Positions 51,351-60,404 of a DNA stretch of 64,000 nt are shown in pieces (within the stretch, counting starts at the first letter, position 1; every line of letters starts with the position of its first letter). The position numbers and the translations under genes were made by a program. The notes beneath the pieces are model-generated. The model saw nothing but the letters and a program-made list of their open reading frames with translations, did not search any database and was not told the DNA's origin. Origin of the DNA: Giardia intestinalis (taxonomy: Eukaryota). Location of the stretch: assembly GCA_000002435.2 (NCBI GenBank), contig CM018792.1. One strand, 5' to 3'.

Positions 51351-51357
51351 ATTTACT
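51351..51357 (-). promoter_or_regulatory. Putative Giardia polyadenylation signal AGTAAAT (AGTRAAY) downstream of the VSP stop
   Basis: Reverse complement of atttact, about 20 nt past the TAG of the 51378..53189 ORF. AGTRAAY is the established Giardia poly(A) signal. Confidence 0.4.
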
Positions 51358-51377
51358 ACCTAAGTACGCAGCTAAGT

Positions 51378-53189
51378 CTACGCCTTCCCCCTGCAGAGGA
51401 ACCACCAGCAGAGGAAGCCCACGAGGCCCCCCACGACGACGACCACAGCGACGGAGATCCCCGCGATGGCGCCTGTGCTGAGGCCGCTCCTGTTGGCGCC
51501 AGAGGACACACACTTACCACCCTCCAGACTGTACCCATCACTGCACTCCCCACACACATCATCCATCACACAGCTCTTGCAATCACCCACAGAGCATGTC
51601 ACACACCCACTGCCGTCCTTGTTGGGCTTCCTATCACTGTCACAGGAGGTACACACAGCGGGGGTCATGCCAGCATCAGATGGAGCTGTTGGGGCTGTAC
51701 ACTGTGAACAGCCATCCACCCCCACGTATGCCTTCTGACCAGCCAGCTCGACACCAAGGGGGTTCCCACAGGAGAGGACAGACTGCTTGTCCTTGGTGGG
51801 CGAGGGAGGGATGAAGTACCCAGCTGCCGCCTCTGTGCAGACACCATCACCTGCCTTTGTGCACATGGACTTACCCGGCTGAGCTGATATACTATAACAA
51901 CCACCCATGTATAGGAAGTATCCCATAGTACATGATGTGCAGACATTATTGACACATCCTGTATTGCCTTTAGCCTCACTAGCACAGAGACCATCAATAG
52001 GGAACTCACTGTCCTTTCCACAGTAAGAACAGTAGTGAAGCTCCTTCCCTGTGTTGTCGATTACTATTGCATCACAGGCTCCAGATGTCCCACCACAGGC
52101 CGTGGGGTCTTCACACACCTTTGTACACGTGACCCCAGTTGAAGGTTCTCCACTGGGTCTGTAGTTCACCTTGCATTTTGTGCACTTAAATGTGCCACTA
52201 TTTGTGCACTCGGCACACCCCTCGATGCCACCTTTGGTTGTGTCACTACATGAGATGCACTCACCAGAGGAGCTATCCTTCAAGAAGTACCCTTGCTTAC
52301 ATGTCAGGCACTTACTCGGATCTTCCTTCTTGGAGCATGTCGCACAGCCTGGAGCGCACGGATCGCACGCAAAACCCCCACCGTTAGTATTCTCGATGTA
52401 TCCCTCCAGGCATTTTGAACAGGTTGGCGGATTTCCTGCCGTCTTCTCACATATGCTGCACCCGGCAATGCCCTTATCATTTACGCCAGCATCAGGGGAC
52501 GCATCGCCGCAAAGAGCACACGTTTTGTCCTCCTTCATAAATAAGGCCCCGTCAGCGCCCTTGCACCCGTCAAGCGTTTTATCGACGCAGGTCGATGTCC
52601 CGTCGAGGGCCGTCCTGGGGGTCTTATTGGTCCCGCAGTTAGTGCACTTCGGCTTCCCCGTGGTCTTGTCGAAGGAGCATGCCGTGCAATCTGCGTGTAT
52701 CTCACTGCATGCTTTGCAGGTCATTGTTAGCTCGTCTGCATACTGATTGTTCTCACACGTATTAGAGCATGAGTTATCTGACTTCAGATAGGTCCCCGGC
52801 TTGCATGTCTCACAGTTGGTCGCACCGGCCCCGGTACATGTGGCACAGTTCTGATTGCATGGCTTGCAAAGCTTATCGCTCAGGAAGTATCCATCTTGGC
52901 AGGTACTACATGTAGCTGCTCCTGCACTCTGTGGTGCCTGACACTGTGCGCAGTTATCCACTCCCATGACCCCGTCTCTCTGTGTAGTATCAGAGCAGAG
53001 GATGCACTCGTTGCCAGGGGCTACTGGGCTGGCCGGGTTCTGGAATAGATACGCGGCGCCTGCCTTGCAGGTGGTGCACACTCCCTTGTCGGCCGCCGTG
53101 CATATCTCGTTGCCAGGATCTTGTCCTACCTTGTAGCACCCGCCCATGAAGAGGAGTCCCACACCATCACTATCACCCCCACACCACAC
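51378..53189 (-). CDS. Variant-specific surface protein (VSP) family ORF, apparently 5'-truncated (no signal peptide/ATG), possible pseudogene
   Basis: CXXC-rich throughout, two GGCY motifs, and the C-terminal TM plus invariant tail GGLVGFLCWWFLCRGKA. The frame opens with GTG only 41 bp past the upstream VSP stop. The first in-frame ATG (53157, MGGCYKV) has no signal peptide. Confidence 0.55.
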   Translation of the reverse strand: MWCGGDSDGVGLLFMGGCYKVGQDPGNEICTAADKGVCTTCKAGAAYLFQNPASPVAPGNECILCSDTTQRDGVMGVDNCAQCQAPQSAGAATCSTCQDGYFLSDKLCKPCNQNCATCTGAGATNCETCKPGTYLKSDNSCSNTCENNQYADELTMTCKACSEIHADCTACSFDKTTGKPKCTNCGTNKTPRTALDGTSTCVDKTLDGCKGADGALFMKEDKTCALCGDASPDAGVNDKGIAGCSICEKTAGNPPTCSKCLEGYIENTNGGGFACDPCAPGCATCSKKEDPSKCLTCKQGYFLKDSSSGECISCSDTTKGGIEGCAECTNSGTFKCTKCKVNYRPSGEPSTGVTCTKVCEDPTACGGTSGACDAIVIDNTGKELHYCSYCGKDSEFPIDGLCASEAKGNTGCVNNVCTSCTMGYFLYMGGCYSISAQPGKSMCTKAGDGVCTEAAAGYFIPPSPTKDKQSVLSCGNPLGVELAGQKAYVGVDGCSQCTAPTAPSDAGMTPAVCTSCDSDRKPNKDGSGCVTCSVGDCKSCVMDDVCGECSDGYSLEGGKCVSSGANRSGLSTGAIAGISVAVVVVVGGLVGFLCWWFLCRGKA

Positions 53190-53216
53190 ATAGCACTATC
53201 ACTATCACTGTACAGC

Positions 53217-53223
53217 ATTCACT
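53217..53223 (-). promoter_or_regulatory. Putative polyadenylation signal AGTGAAT (AGTRAAY) of the upstream VSP, lying inside the head of the truncated VSP ORF
   Basis: Reverse complement of attcact, 8-14 nt downstream of the TAG of the 53231.. VSP. Confidence 0.4.
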
Positions 53224-53230
53224 ACCTAAG

Positions 53231-56200
53231 TCACGCCTTCCCTCTACAGATGAACCACCAGCAGAGGAACCCTACGAGGCCCCCCACGACGACGACCACA
53301 GCCACGGAGATCCCCGCGATGGCACCTGTGCTGAGGCCGCTCTTGTTGACGCTTCCGCCGGTGTTGTCGCCGTCTGTTTTGATATAGCAGGTGACAGGAC
53401 CGCCATTGCCACCAGCTGGCGGGGCGCAGCTTACGCAATTAGCGACACCAGTGATTTGGTTGTTATTTCCACTACTAGCTGTACATTTGAAGCATTTATC
53501 ACCGGCACCTTTGTAGTATCCAGGAAGGCATTCAGTGCAGGCATTAGAATCATTGCATTTTGCACAGCCTTCAGAGCACTCCGGACACTTCTCTTGCACA
53601 GGTGCCTGGTTATTTGCAGCACACATAGTGCACTTTCCGTTACTAGCGAGCGTGCAAACCGATTTGCCAGGAAGCTTAGCCACACCATAGCACCCGCCCG
53701 ACATGAGAGTATACTCTCCTGCACATTTGGTGCACTTGCCATCTGCCGCCGTGCATACGCTCGCGTCTCTCCCGGCAGCTGCCACCGTTGTACAAATTCC
53801 GTCGATCGGGGCGTACCCGTCCTTGCACTGAGCACAGTACTTCGCGCCCCCCACGTTAGCCGTGCACTGCCCGTCTGCACAGTTGGTAATGAACGCACCA
53901 GTGCACTCCTTGACGCATGTTCCGGCTGTGCCAGATCCATACAGGAGAGAATACCCGGGATAGCAGGCCGTGCAGGAAGCAGCGTTTGCATCGCCGTTGC
54001 ATTCTGCACACGTAGCATGGCAGGAAGCACAGACACTGACTCCGTTAATATTATCGGCATATGTTCCAGCAGGACAGTTGTCCAAGCATGCATTGCCCGA
54101 AGGAGTAAGCCGCTTGTCTGTACACTCGGAGCACACAACCGTCGATTCTGCTTCTCCAGAGAGCGTTTTGAGGGCACACTTTTTGCAGCCTGTGATGCCG
54201 TGGGTTGCGTCGCTGCATGAGAGGCACATCCCCTTCGAGTCACCGGCCTTCTCTCTAGTGAAGTGCGTCTTATCGGAGGTGCACTCTTCGGCAGTAAGGC
54301 ACGCTCCCGATTGCCCAGCTGCAGACTCTGGCTTTAGATACCGTCCCTCTTTACAGCCAGTGCACTTGTCGGCCTGGTTCGTCATGGCGTTCTCGGTGCA
54401 TCCGTCGCAGCTGGAGTGGCACCCCGGCGTGGCGGCGGGGCATTTCCCGTTCTCTGGTGGTGCGCCGGTACTGCATCTAGCGCAGACATCATTCTGATCG
54501 CATCGTTCACAGTTAGCATCTGAGCAAGAGAAGCACTGCGTACCTGCAGTATTAGGCTTTTGGCCTTCTGCACACTTCTTGCACTCCTTTGCGTCGGAAA
54601 CGCTGTCGTCGGTGTAGTAGCCCGCGCTCCCCTGGCAGTCGACCGCGCTGACGCACGTCCCCGTCGGGTCGCTGGGATTCGTCTTCTTCAGGTAGGGCGC
54701 GGCGCCGTTTGCGTCGCATTTGGTGCACTTATCGGCCGTTCCAGCACACGCCGTGCAAGGGGCGTTGCACTTCTTGCACTCCTTTGCGTCGGAAACGCTG
54801 TCGTCGGTGTAGTAGCCCGCGCTCCCCTGGCAGTCGACCGCGCTGACGCACGTCCCCGTCGGGTCGCTGGGATTCGTCTTCTTCAGGTAGGGCGCGGCGC
54901 CGTTTGCGTCGCATTTGGTGCACTTATCGGCCGTTCCAGCACACGCCGTGCAAGGGGCGTTGCACTTCTTGCACTCCTTTGCGTCGGAAACGCTGTCGTC
55001 GGTGTAGTAGCCCGCGCTCCCCTGGCAGTCGACCGCGCTGACGCACGTCCCCGTCGGGTCGCTGGGATTCGTCTTCTTCAGGTAGGGCGCGGCGCCGTTT
55101 GCGTCGCATTTGGTGCACTTATCGGCCGTTCCAGCACACGCCGTGCAAGGGGCGTTGCACTTCTTGCACTCCTTTGCGTCGGAAACGCTGTCGTCGGTGT
55201 AGTAGCCCGCGCTCCCCTGGCAGTCGACCGCGCTGACGCACGTCCCCGTCGGGTCGCTGGGATTCGTCTTCTTCAGGTAGGGCGCGGCGCCGTTTGCGTC
55301 GCATTTGGTGCACTTATCGGCCGTTCCAGCACACGCCGTGCAAGGGGCGTTGCACTTCTTGCACTCCTTTGCGTCGGAAACGCTGTCGTCGGTGTAGTAG
55401 CCCGCGCTCCCCTGGCAGTCGACCGCGCTGACGCACGTCCCCGTCGGGTCGCTGGGATTCGTCTTCTTCAGGTAGGGCGCGGCGCCGTTTGCGTCGCATT
55501 TGGTGCACTTATCGGCCGTTCCAGCACACGCCGTGCAAGGGGCGTTGCACTTCTTGCACTCCTTTGCGTCGGAAACGCTGTCGTCGGTGTAGTAGCCCGC
55601 GCTCCCCTGGCAGTCGACCGCGCTGACGCACGTCCCCGTCGGGTCGCTGGGATTCGTCTTCTTCAGGTAGGGCGCGGCGCCGTTTGCGTCGCATTTGGTG
55701 CACTTATCGGCCGTTCCAGCACACGCCGTGCAAGGGGCGTTGCACTTCTTGCACTCCTTTGCGTCGGAAACGCTGTCGTCGGTGTAGTAGCCCGCGCTCC
55801 CCTGGCAGTCGACCGCGCTGACGCACGTCCCCGTCGGGTCGCTGGGATTCGTCTTCTTCAGGTAGGGCGCGGCGCCGTTTGCGTCGCATTTGGTGCACTT
55901 ATCGGCCGTTCCAGCACACGCCGTGCAAGGGGCGTTGCACTTCTTGCACTCCTTTGCGTCGGAAACGCTGTCGTCGGTGTAGTAGCCCGCGCTCCCCTGG
56001 CAGTCGACCGCGCTGACGCACGTCCCCGTCGGGTCGCTGGGATTCGTCTTCTTCAGGTAGGGCGCGGCGCCGTTTGCGTCGCATTTGGTGCACTTATCGG
56101 CCGTTCCAGCACACGCCGTGCAAGGGGCGTTGCACTTCTTGCACTCCTTTGCGTCGGAAACGCTGTCGTCGGTGTAGTAGCCCGCGCTCCCCTGGCAGTC

Positions 56201-56842
56201 GACCGCGCTGACGCACGTCCCCGTCGGGTCGCTGGGATTCGTCTTCTTCAGGTAGGGCGCGGCGCCGTTTGCGTCGCATTTGGTGCACTTATCGGCCGTT
56301 CCAGCACACGCCGTGCAAGGGGCGTTGCACTTCTTGCACTCCTTTGCGTCGGAAACGCTGTCGTCGGTGTAGTAGCCCGCGCTCCCCTGGCAGTCGACCG
56401 CGCTGACGCACGTCCCCGTCGGGTCGCTGGGATTCGTCTTCTTCAGGTAGGGCGCGGCGCCGTTTGCGTCGCATTTGGTGCACTTATCGGCCGTTCCAGC
56501 ACACGCCGTGCAAGGGGCGTTGCACTTCTTGCACTCCTTTGCGTCGGAAACGCTGTCGTCGGTGTAGTAGCCCGCGCTCCCCTGGCAGTCGACCGCGCTG
56601 ACGCACGTCCCCGTCGGGTCGCTGGGATTCGTCTTCTTCAGGTAGGGCGTGTTGCCGTTTGCGTCGCATTTGGTGCATTTTTTCCCAGTTGAATCGCATT
56701 CAGCGCAACCATCGATCGATGGACTGCATGCATCAGCCAGTGCGACTGCAAAAATCAAACCAATTCCTACCAACATTGAGGCCAGAAGCTGGCACAGCAC
56801 CGCTCTGGTTTGCATTAAGAGGCGCACGGGATCCTGCTTCAT
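53231..56842 (-). CDS. Variant-specific surface protein (VSP) containing ~11 tandem 65-aa repeats
   Basis: Signal-like N-terminus (..MQTRAVLCQLLASMLVGIGLIFAVALADA), CXXC-rich ectodomain, GGCYG motif, and C-terminal TM plus CRGKA tail. The ORF-track start is TTG; plausible ATG starts are 56890, 56842 (MKQDP) or 56815 (MQTRAV), and the exact start is uncertain. Internal 65-aa repeat unit KCDANGAAPYLKKTNPSDPTGTCVSAVDCQGSAGYYTDDSVSDAKECKKCNAPCTACAGTADKCT. Confidence 0.8.
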   Translation of the reverse strand: MKQDPVRLLMQTRAVLCQLLASMLVGIGLIFAVALADACSPSIDGCAECDSTGKKCTKCDANGNTPYLKKTNPSDPTGTCVSAVDCQGSAGYYTDDSVSDAKECKKCNAPCTACAGTADKCTKCDANGAAPYLKKTNPSDPTGTCVSAVDCQGSAGYYTDDSVSDAKECKKCNAPCTACAGTADKCTKCDANGAAPYLKKTNPSDPTGTCVSAVDCQGSAGYYTDDSVSDAKECKKCNAPCTACAGTADKCTKCDANGAAPYLKKTNPSDPTGTCVSAVDCQGSAGYYTDDSVSDAKECKKCNAPCTACAGTADKCTKCDANGAAPYLKKTNPSDPTGTCVSAVDCQGSAGYYTDDSVSDAKECKKCNAPCTACAGTADKCTKCDANGAAPYLKKTNPSDPTGTCVSAVDCQGSAGYYTDDSVSDAKECKKCNAPCTACAGTADKCTKCDANGAAPYLKKTNPSDPTGTCVSAVDCQGSAGYYTDDSVSDAKECKKCNAPCTACAGTADKCTKCDANGAAPYLKKTNPSDPTGTCVSAVDCQGSAGYYTDDSVSDAKECKKCNAPCTACAGTADKCTKCDANGAAPYLKKTNPSDPTGTCVSAVDCQGSAGYYTDDSVSDAKECKKCNAPCTACAGTADKCTKCDANGAAPYLKKTNPSDPTGTCVSAVDCQGSAGYYTDDSVSDAKECKKCNAPCTACAGTADKCTKCDANGAAPYLKKTNPSDPTGTCVSAVDCQGSAGYYTDDSVSDAKECKKCAEGQKPNTAGTQCFSCSDANCERCDQNDVCARCSTGAPPENGKCPAATPGCHSSCDGCTENAMTNQADKCTGCKEGRYLKPESAAGQSGACLTAEECTSDKTHFTREKAGDSKGMCLSCSDATHGITGCKKCALKTLSGEAESTVVCSECTDKRLTPSGNACLDNCPAGTYADNINGVSVCASCHATCAECNGDANAASCTACYPGYSLLYGSGTAGTCVKECTGAFITNCADGQCTANVGGAKYCAQCKDGYAPIDGICTTVAAAGRDASVCTAADGKCTKCAGEYTLMSGGCYGVAKLPGKSVCTLASNGKCTMCAANNQAPVQEKCPECSEGCAKCNDSNACTECLPGYYKGAGDKCFKCTASSGNNNQITGVANCVSCAPPAGGNGGPVTCYIKTDGDNTGGSVNKSGLSTGAIAGISVAVVVVVGGLVGFLCWWFICRGKA
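54571..56692. repeat. Tandem array of ~11 copies of a 195-bp unit (10 copies identical at nucleotide level, terminal copies slightly divergent)
   Basis: Exact 195-bp periodicity is visible directly. For example, gttgcacttcttgcactcctttgcgtcggaaacgctgtcg recurs at 54741, 54936, 55131 and so on. Ten identical 64-aa minus-strand sub-ORFs at 195-bp steps in the ORF track confirm this. Confidence 0.95.
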
Positions 56843-59800
56843 GTCACGGAATTCAATGGAACACAGCGGCCAACGGAAGCGAGGGCACATCCTCAAGCTA
56901 CACCGGAGACCCGTTAATGCAGCATCCGCCCTCAACAAGCACGACTGAGGAAGCCCAGCGCTGGCTTTCCTTGCTCTGAGAAGGCATAAGTGTATACATA
57001 GATAATGAGTGCATCCATTGCTACATTAACCCAGCTGGCGCTTGTAGCCCTTGACATCCGTAGCCACCGTGTCCTGTAATCTGTCTGATTGCCTGAGTGA
57101 CCATCGTGGGGGACACAGCGATCGTGATGCTCATGGAGTGGCATGGGGCCGGCTCTAGGATCACGCCGCCATCCGGGCAGACGCGCACCACAGAAAGCCT
57201 CTTGTTGCCACCGTCCGAGGCTCACAGGATTGCAGGGCTCAGGGAGCCTCTGTCCCATCAGCGAGACTGGCCTCGCCCGACGCCTCCAGCACTCTGCCAA
57301 TAGCTGGCGGACAAGCGTGCACAATAGCTTTGGACGGAGGGTACAAGGGACAGCAAAACAAGACAGTCAAGTAGGCGTTGACGGTACAAACACTGCCAGC
57401 CCTCAGTCAGAGAGCAGGCATCTGGGAAAGGTGAGGGTTGCTTGTTACTCTACACCTTAACGGCCAGGCTCAACAGTAGTCACTGTTTGAGAGCTCCATT
57501 TGAAAGCACTGTAGATGAGACTCTCTGCCTTCCTGGATGTTGATCCCAAGAATGTGCTGCCTGATTGTTTGTCTCTGCATCGGAGTCGTTGCTAACGGCC
57601 GTCCTGGTGCAGCAAGGGGCCCATACAAGAACCATGTGCCGGGCACTACTCAAGAACAGAACAGATATCGTTGCTACTCATAGGCTTAGACCGATTTTCC
57701 GAAGCGACAGATGTCAAGGGCAAGGACGGGGCCTGTTTCCGAGTCCCTAATTCGAGAGTTTGTGTGAGGACCACAGCACTCTGTTAGACCTTCCTGGAAG
57801 AGGACATCCACACATATCCTTGACTCCAATCCACGTCAAAGAACGCCCAGCGGCTGCCATAGCAGTTGGGCAATGCCATCACTCCTTGCTCAGAGCTACC
57901 CATCGTTGGTGATAAGCAGCTAGCGACAGGGAAAAGCTTCTTTAGACTTCTGATTGCGCCTCAACGTTTTCAAGTCCCCCCTATCGTTTTGCTGAGCCCA
58001 TGTTTCGCTGGTCTGGTGTGCTTGTATCCGTTCCAAAGCATGCTTGAAGTGGCGGCCAAGTGCTAGGCTTCATGTAGTTACCTCAGGCCACAGTGCTCGT
58101 GCGCAATAAGCAGAGTCTCCGGTCCACTGGCCACTGCTCTTGCTGCTCGTAAGCCTGCTCAGTGAGTGGCTATGGCAGGATCCTCCGCAAATGCGTATCT
58201 TTTGATACTTATTTCCATGTGCACAGAGGCAGGTGCACTGTAACTAGTCAAGGCGCCTGCTGCTCAGCCTCCTCGCCGTGGGGGTCTACTGCATACCCCT
58301 TCAGCAGATATTGATTAATGTGCCAGATACAACTACATCCTCAGACTGTCAACTGTGCATGTAGAAGTTTCAGGCCATCCTCTAGCACTGTTCCAATGCC
58401 GCAGAATCTGGATGGGACATCCCGACTACAAGCGCAGCGCAAGGCTAGCGCATTATGTCCGGCACTCTCTTACATTGCAGTTGGCTCCGGCGGCTATTGC
58501 CCTGGACTTACGTTTGGAGATAGGATGATCTGTACCCATCAGTGTGGATGAGCCATTGTCAACCATCGCAGAGACGCTCAGAGTCAACGTAGGCCACACA
58601 TTGATAAGCCGTAATGGATTGCTGGGCAGTCGTAGTACCCGGCAGCGCGCCTTATGGAGCTGTGGCAAGTGAATACGCTGACTTCCGATTCGCCTATCCA
58701 TTAGGGTCCAGACACTTCAAATGGATATGCAGTATATGCTAGCCACGGTTCAGACTGCCAGCTGCATGGATCCTGTGACTGGCCATTAGACATCTTTACT
58801 GTGGTTGTAACACAGTGAAGTGGTACTATATACGCTTGCTGGCGATCATCCGCTATGCACAAATGTACCCGTCGGAGGCCAGTGTATCGGTCACTTTCTG
58901 CTGCGAAGGGAATGCTTAGCCGCTAGCACAGCCGATTCTCTACACCCTACTGATGGCTGTTTTGCGTATATCAGGCTTGGTATCCGCAAGCGAAGTATCC
59001 AGTTAGCAACAGACCAGGGTTATGTTCATCGGAGCAGATGATCAAGCACCAGAGCTGGATTGTCAAGTCCCAGAAGGTGCCACCTCTTCTGGAACGCCCC
59101 TACAAAAACAAGAACCCGACAGCGGAGTTGTGAGGAACTCGAAGTAAGGTCGATCAGGGCACTCTCCTGGGTTCGATGCCATGTTGATTCTAAGGTCTCA
59201 GATGATACAGGAACGCAAAGAATGGCCTCCGCAGCACGCCAAGATTGTGTCATGGAAAGAGCTTCGAAGACTACTGCTCGCTTCATGGACTCTCTTACGA
59301 GTATCCTATGCATCTCTAATAAGGATGAGACGTCCAGCTTAGCATGGATTCCACTACGGTGTCTAAGACAGAATCTGCAAGGGGGTCACTCATCACTATC
59401 TTTCTAATGTATCACTCACTGAAGACCGAGTTCCTATCATAAAGGGCCGAGGAAGAATGACAATAGAATCCATGCAATAGCGCCTGCATAGTTCATTCAG
59501 GGATGAAATTCCAACCTTGGGCCATTTGCCTTTTGACGCTCTCTGTGGATCCCTGAGGAACCTGTGAAGAGGGATGCATTACATAGAAATGATGCTAAGT
59601 AAGCTCGTGGTAACAATTCAATGAAGGCGCCCAAGACAACAAAAAGCGCACCCTCGTCAGCCAGGCAGATCGAGATCACTCCGCAGCCGAAACAACGACT
59701 GTGTGGGGATTCACGTGGGGATTGGAGGCGTGTGCTCGCTAGTACAACATCACGCTCTAACTGGTTGATGCTTCTGAAGCGGGGAAGGAGCACTCTTGGA

Positions 59801-59920
59801 AGACCGTAGTGTCAGAGGTGCAGTACTACAGGCCATAGGTGAGAGTCCCAGCAACACAGCATTTAAAGTATCGATAAGCGATGGAAATATCAGCTTTTAA
59901 AAAGGGAGTATAGATTCAAT

Positions 59921-60298
59921 ATGGGGGACAATAGGCTATCTGTGGAGAATACGTACCAGTTAGGACCAGAAGAGCCCCTCACGCGCTTGGCTATCAGGCC
60001 TCTGGTTCAGAAGGCTCTACAGAAGCAGTTTTTGAATTGGACATATGACGCTAAAACTGGGGCATCCAAGAGCCGCGACACTTGCGCAATGATACAGAAT
60101 TACATAAATGATAGTGCAGTTGTTCCGCCTCGCTACAAGGTTATGGTTCAAGTATTTATTGTACCTCTCAAAGGGCAATGCGTCCGGCTTGCTACGCGTT
60201 CCGTCTGGGAACCGTCCACAGACAATTTGGTCAGCGAAACGTTCACTGGCCGTGATTACGCTGCAACTGCCCTTGTTTTTTACACATATAATGAGTGA
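59921..60298 (+). CDS. Tctex1-family dynein light chain (DYNLT-like)
   Basis: C-terminal half KYKVMVQVFIVPLKGQCVRLATRSVWEPSTDNLVSETFTGRDYAATALVFYTY matches the Tctex1 fold consensus (YK..v.v.i.q..g.g....s.c.WD...D......). ATG preceded by cagcttttaaaaagggagtatagattcaat. Confidence 0.55.
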   Translation: MGDNRLSVENTYQLGPEEPLTRLAIRPLVQKALQKQFLNWTYDAKTGASKSRDTCAMIQNYINDSAVVPPRYKVMVQVFIVPLKGQCVRLATRSVWEPSTDNLVSETFTGRDYAATALVFYTYNE

Positions 60299-60404
60299 TG
60301 AGAAGCGCCCAATCAGTTAAAATCCTCTTTCTAGCTACTTCCCTAGCTACTTTTCTAACTACTAATTGGGACCAAAATGCTCAAGAATGTGACTGAGAGT
60401 AAAT

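Noticed and set aside
53431-54243. 270-aa (-) and 254-aa (+) ORFs inside the repeat-containing VSP
   Set aside because: These are alternative and antisense frames of the cysteine-codon-rich VSP coding sequence. The true frame carries the CXXC motifs and the CRGKA tail.
54560-56692. 710-aa plus-strand ORF, plus ten 64-aa minus-strand ORFs at 195-bp steps
   Set aside because: All lie inside the VSP tandem-repeat array. The long + ORF is antisense to the VSP coding strand and exists only because the repeat unit lacks stops in that frame. The 64-aa ORFs are out-of-frame iterations of the same unit.
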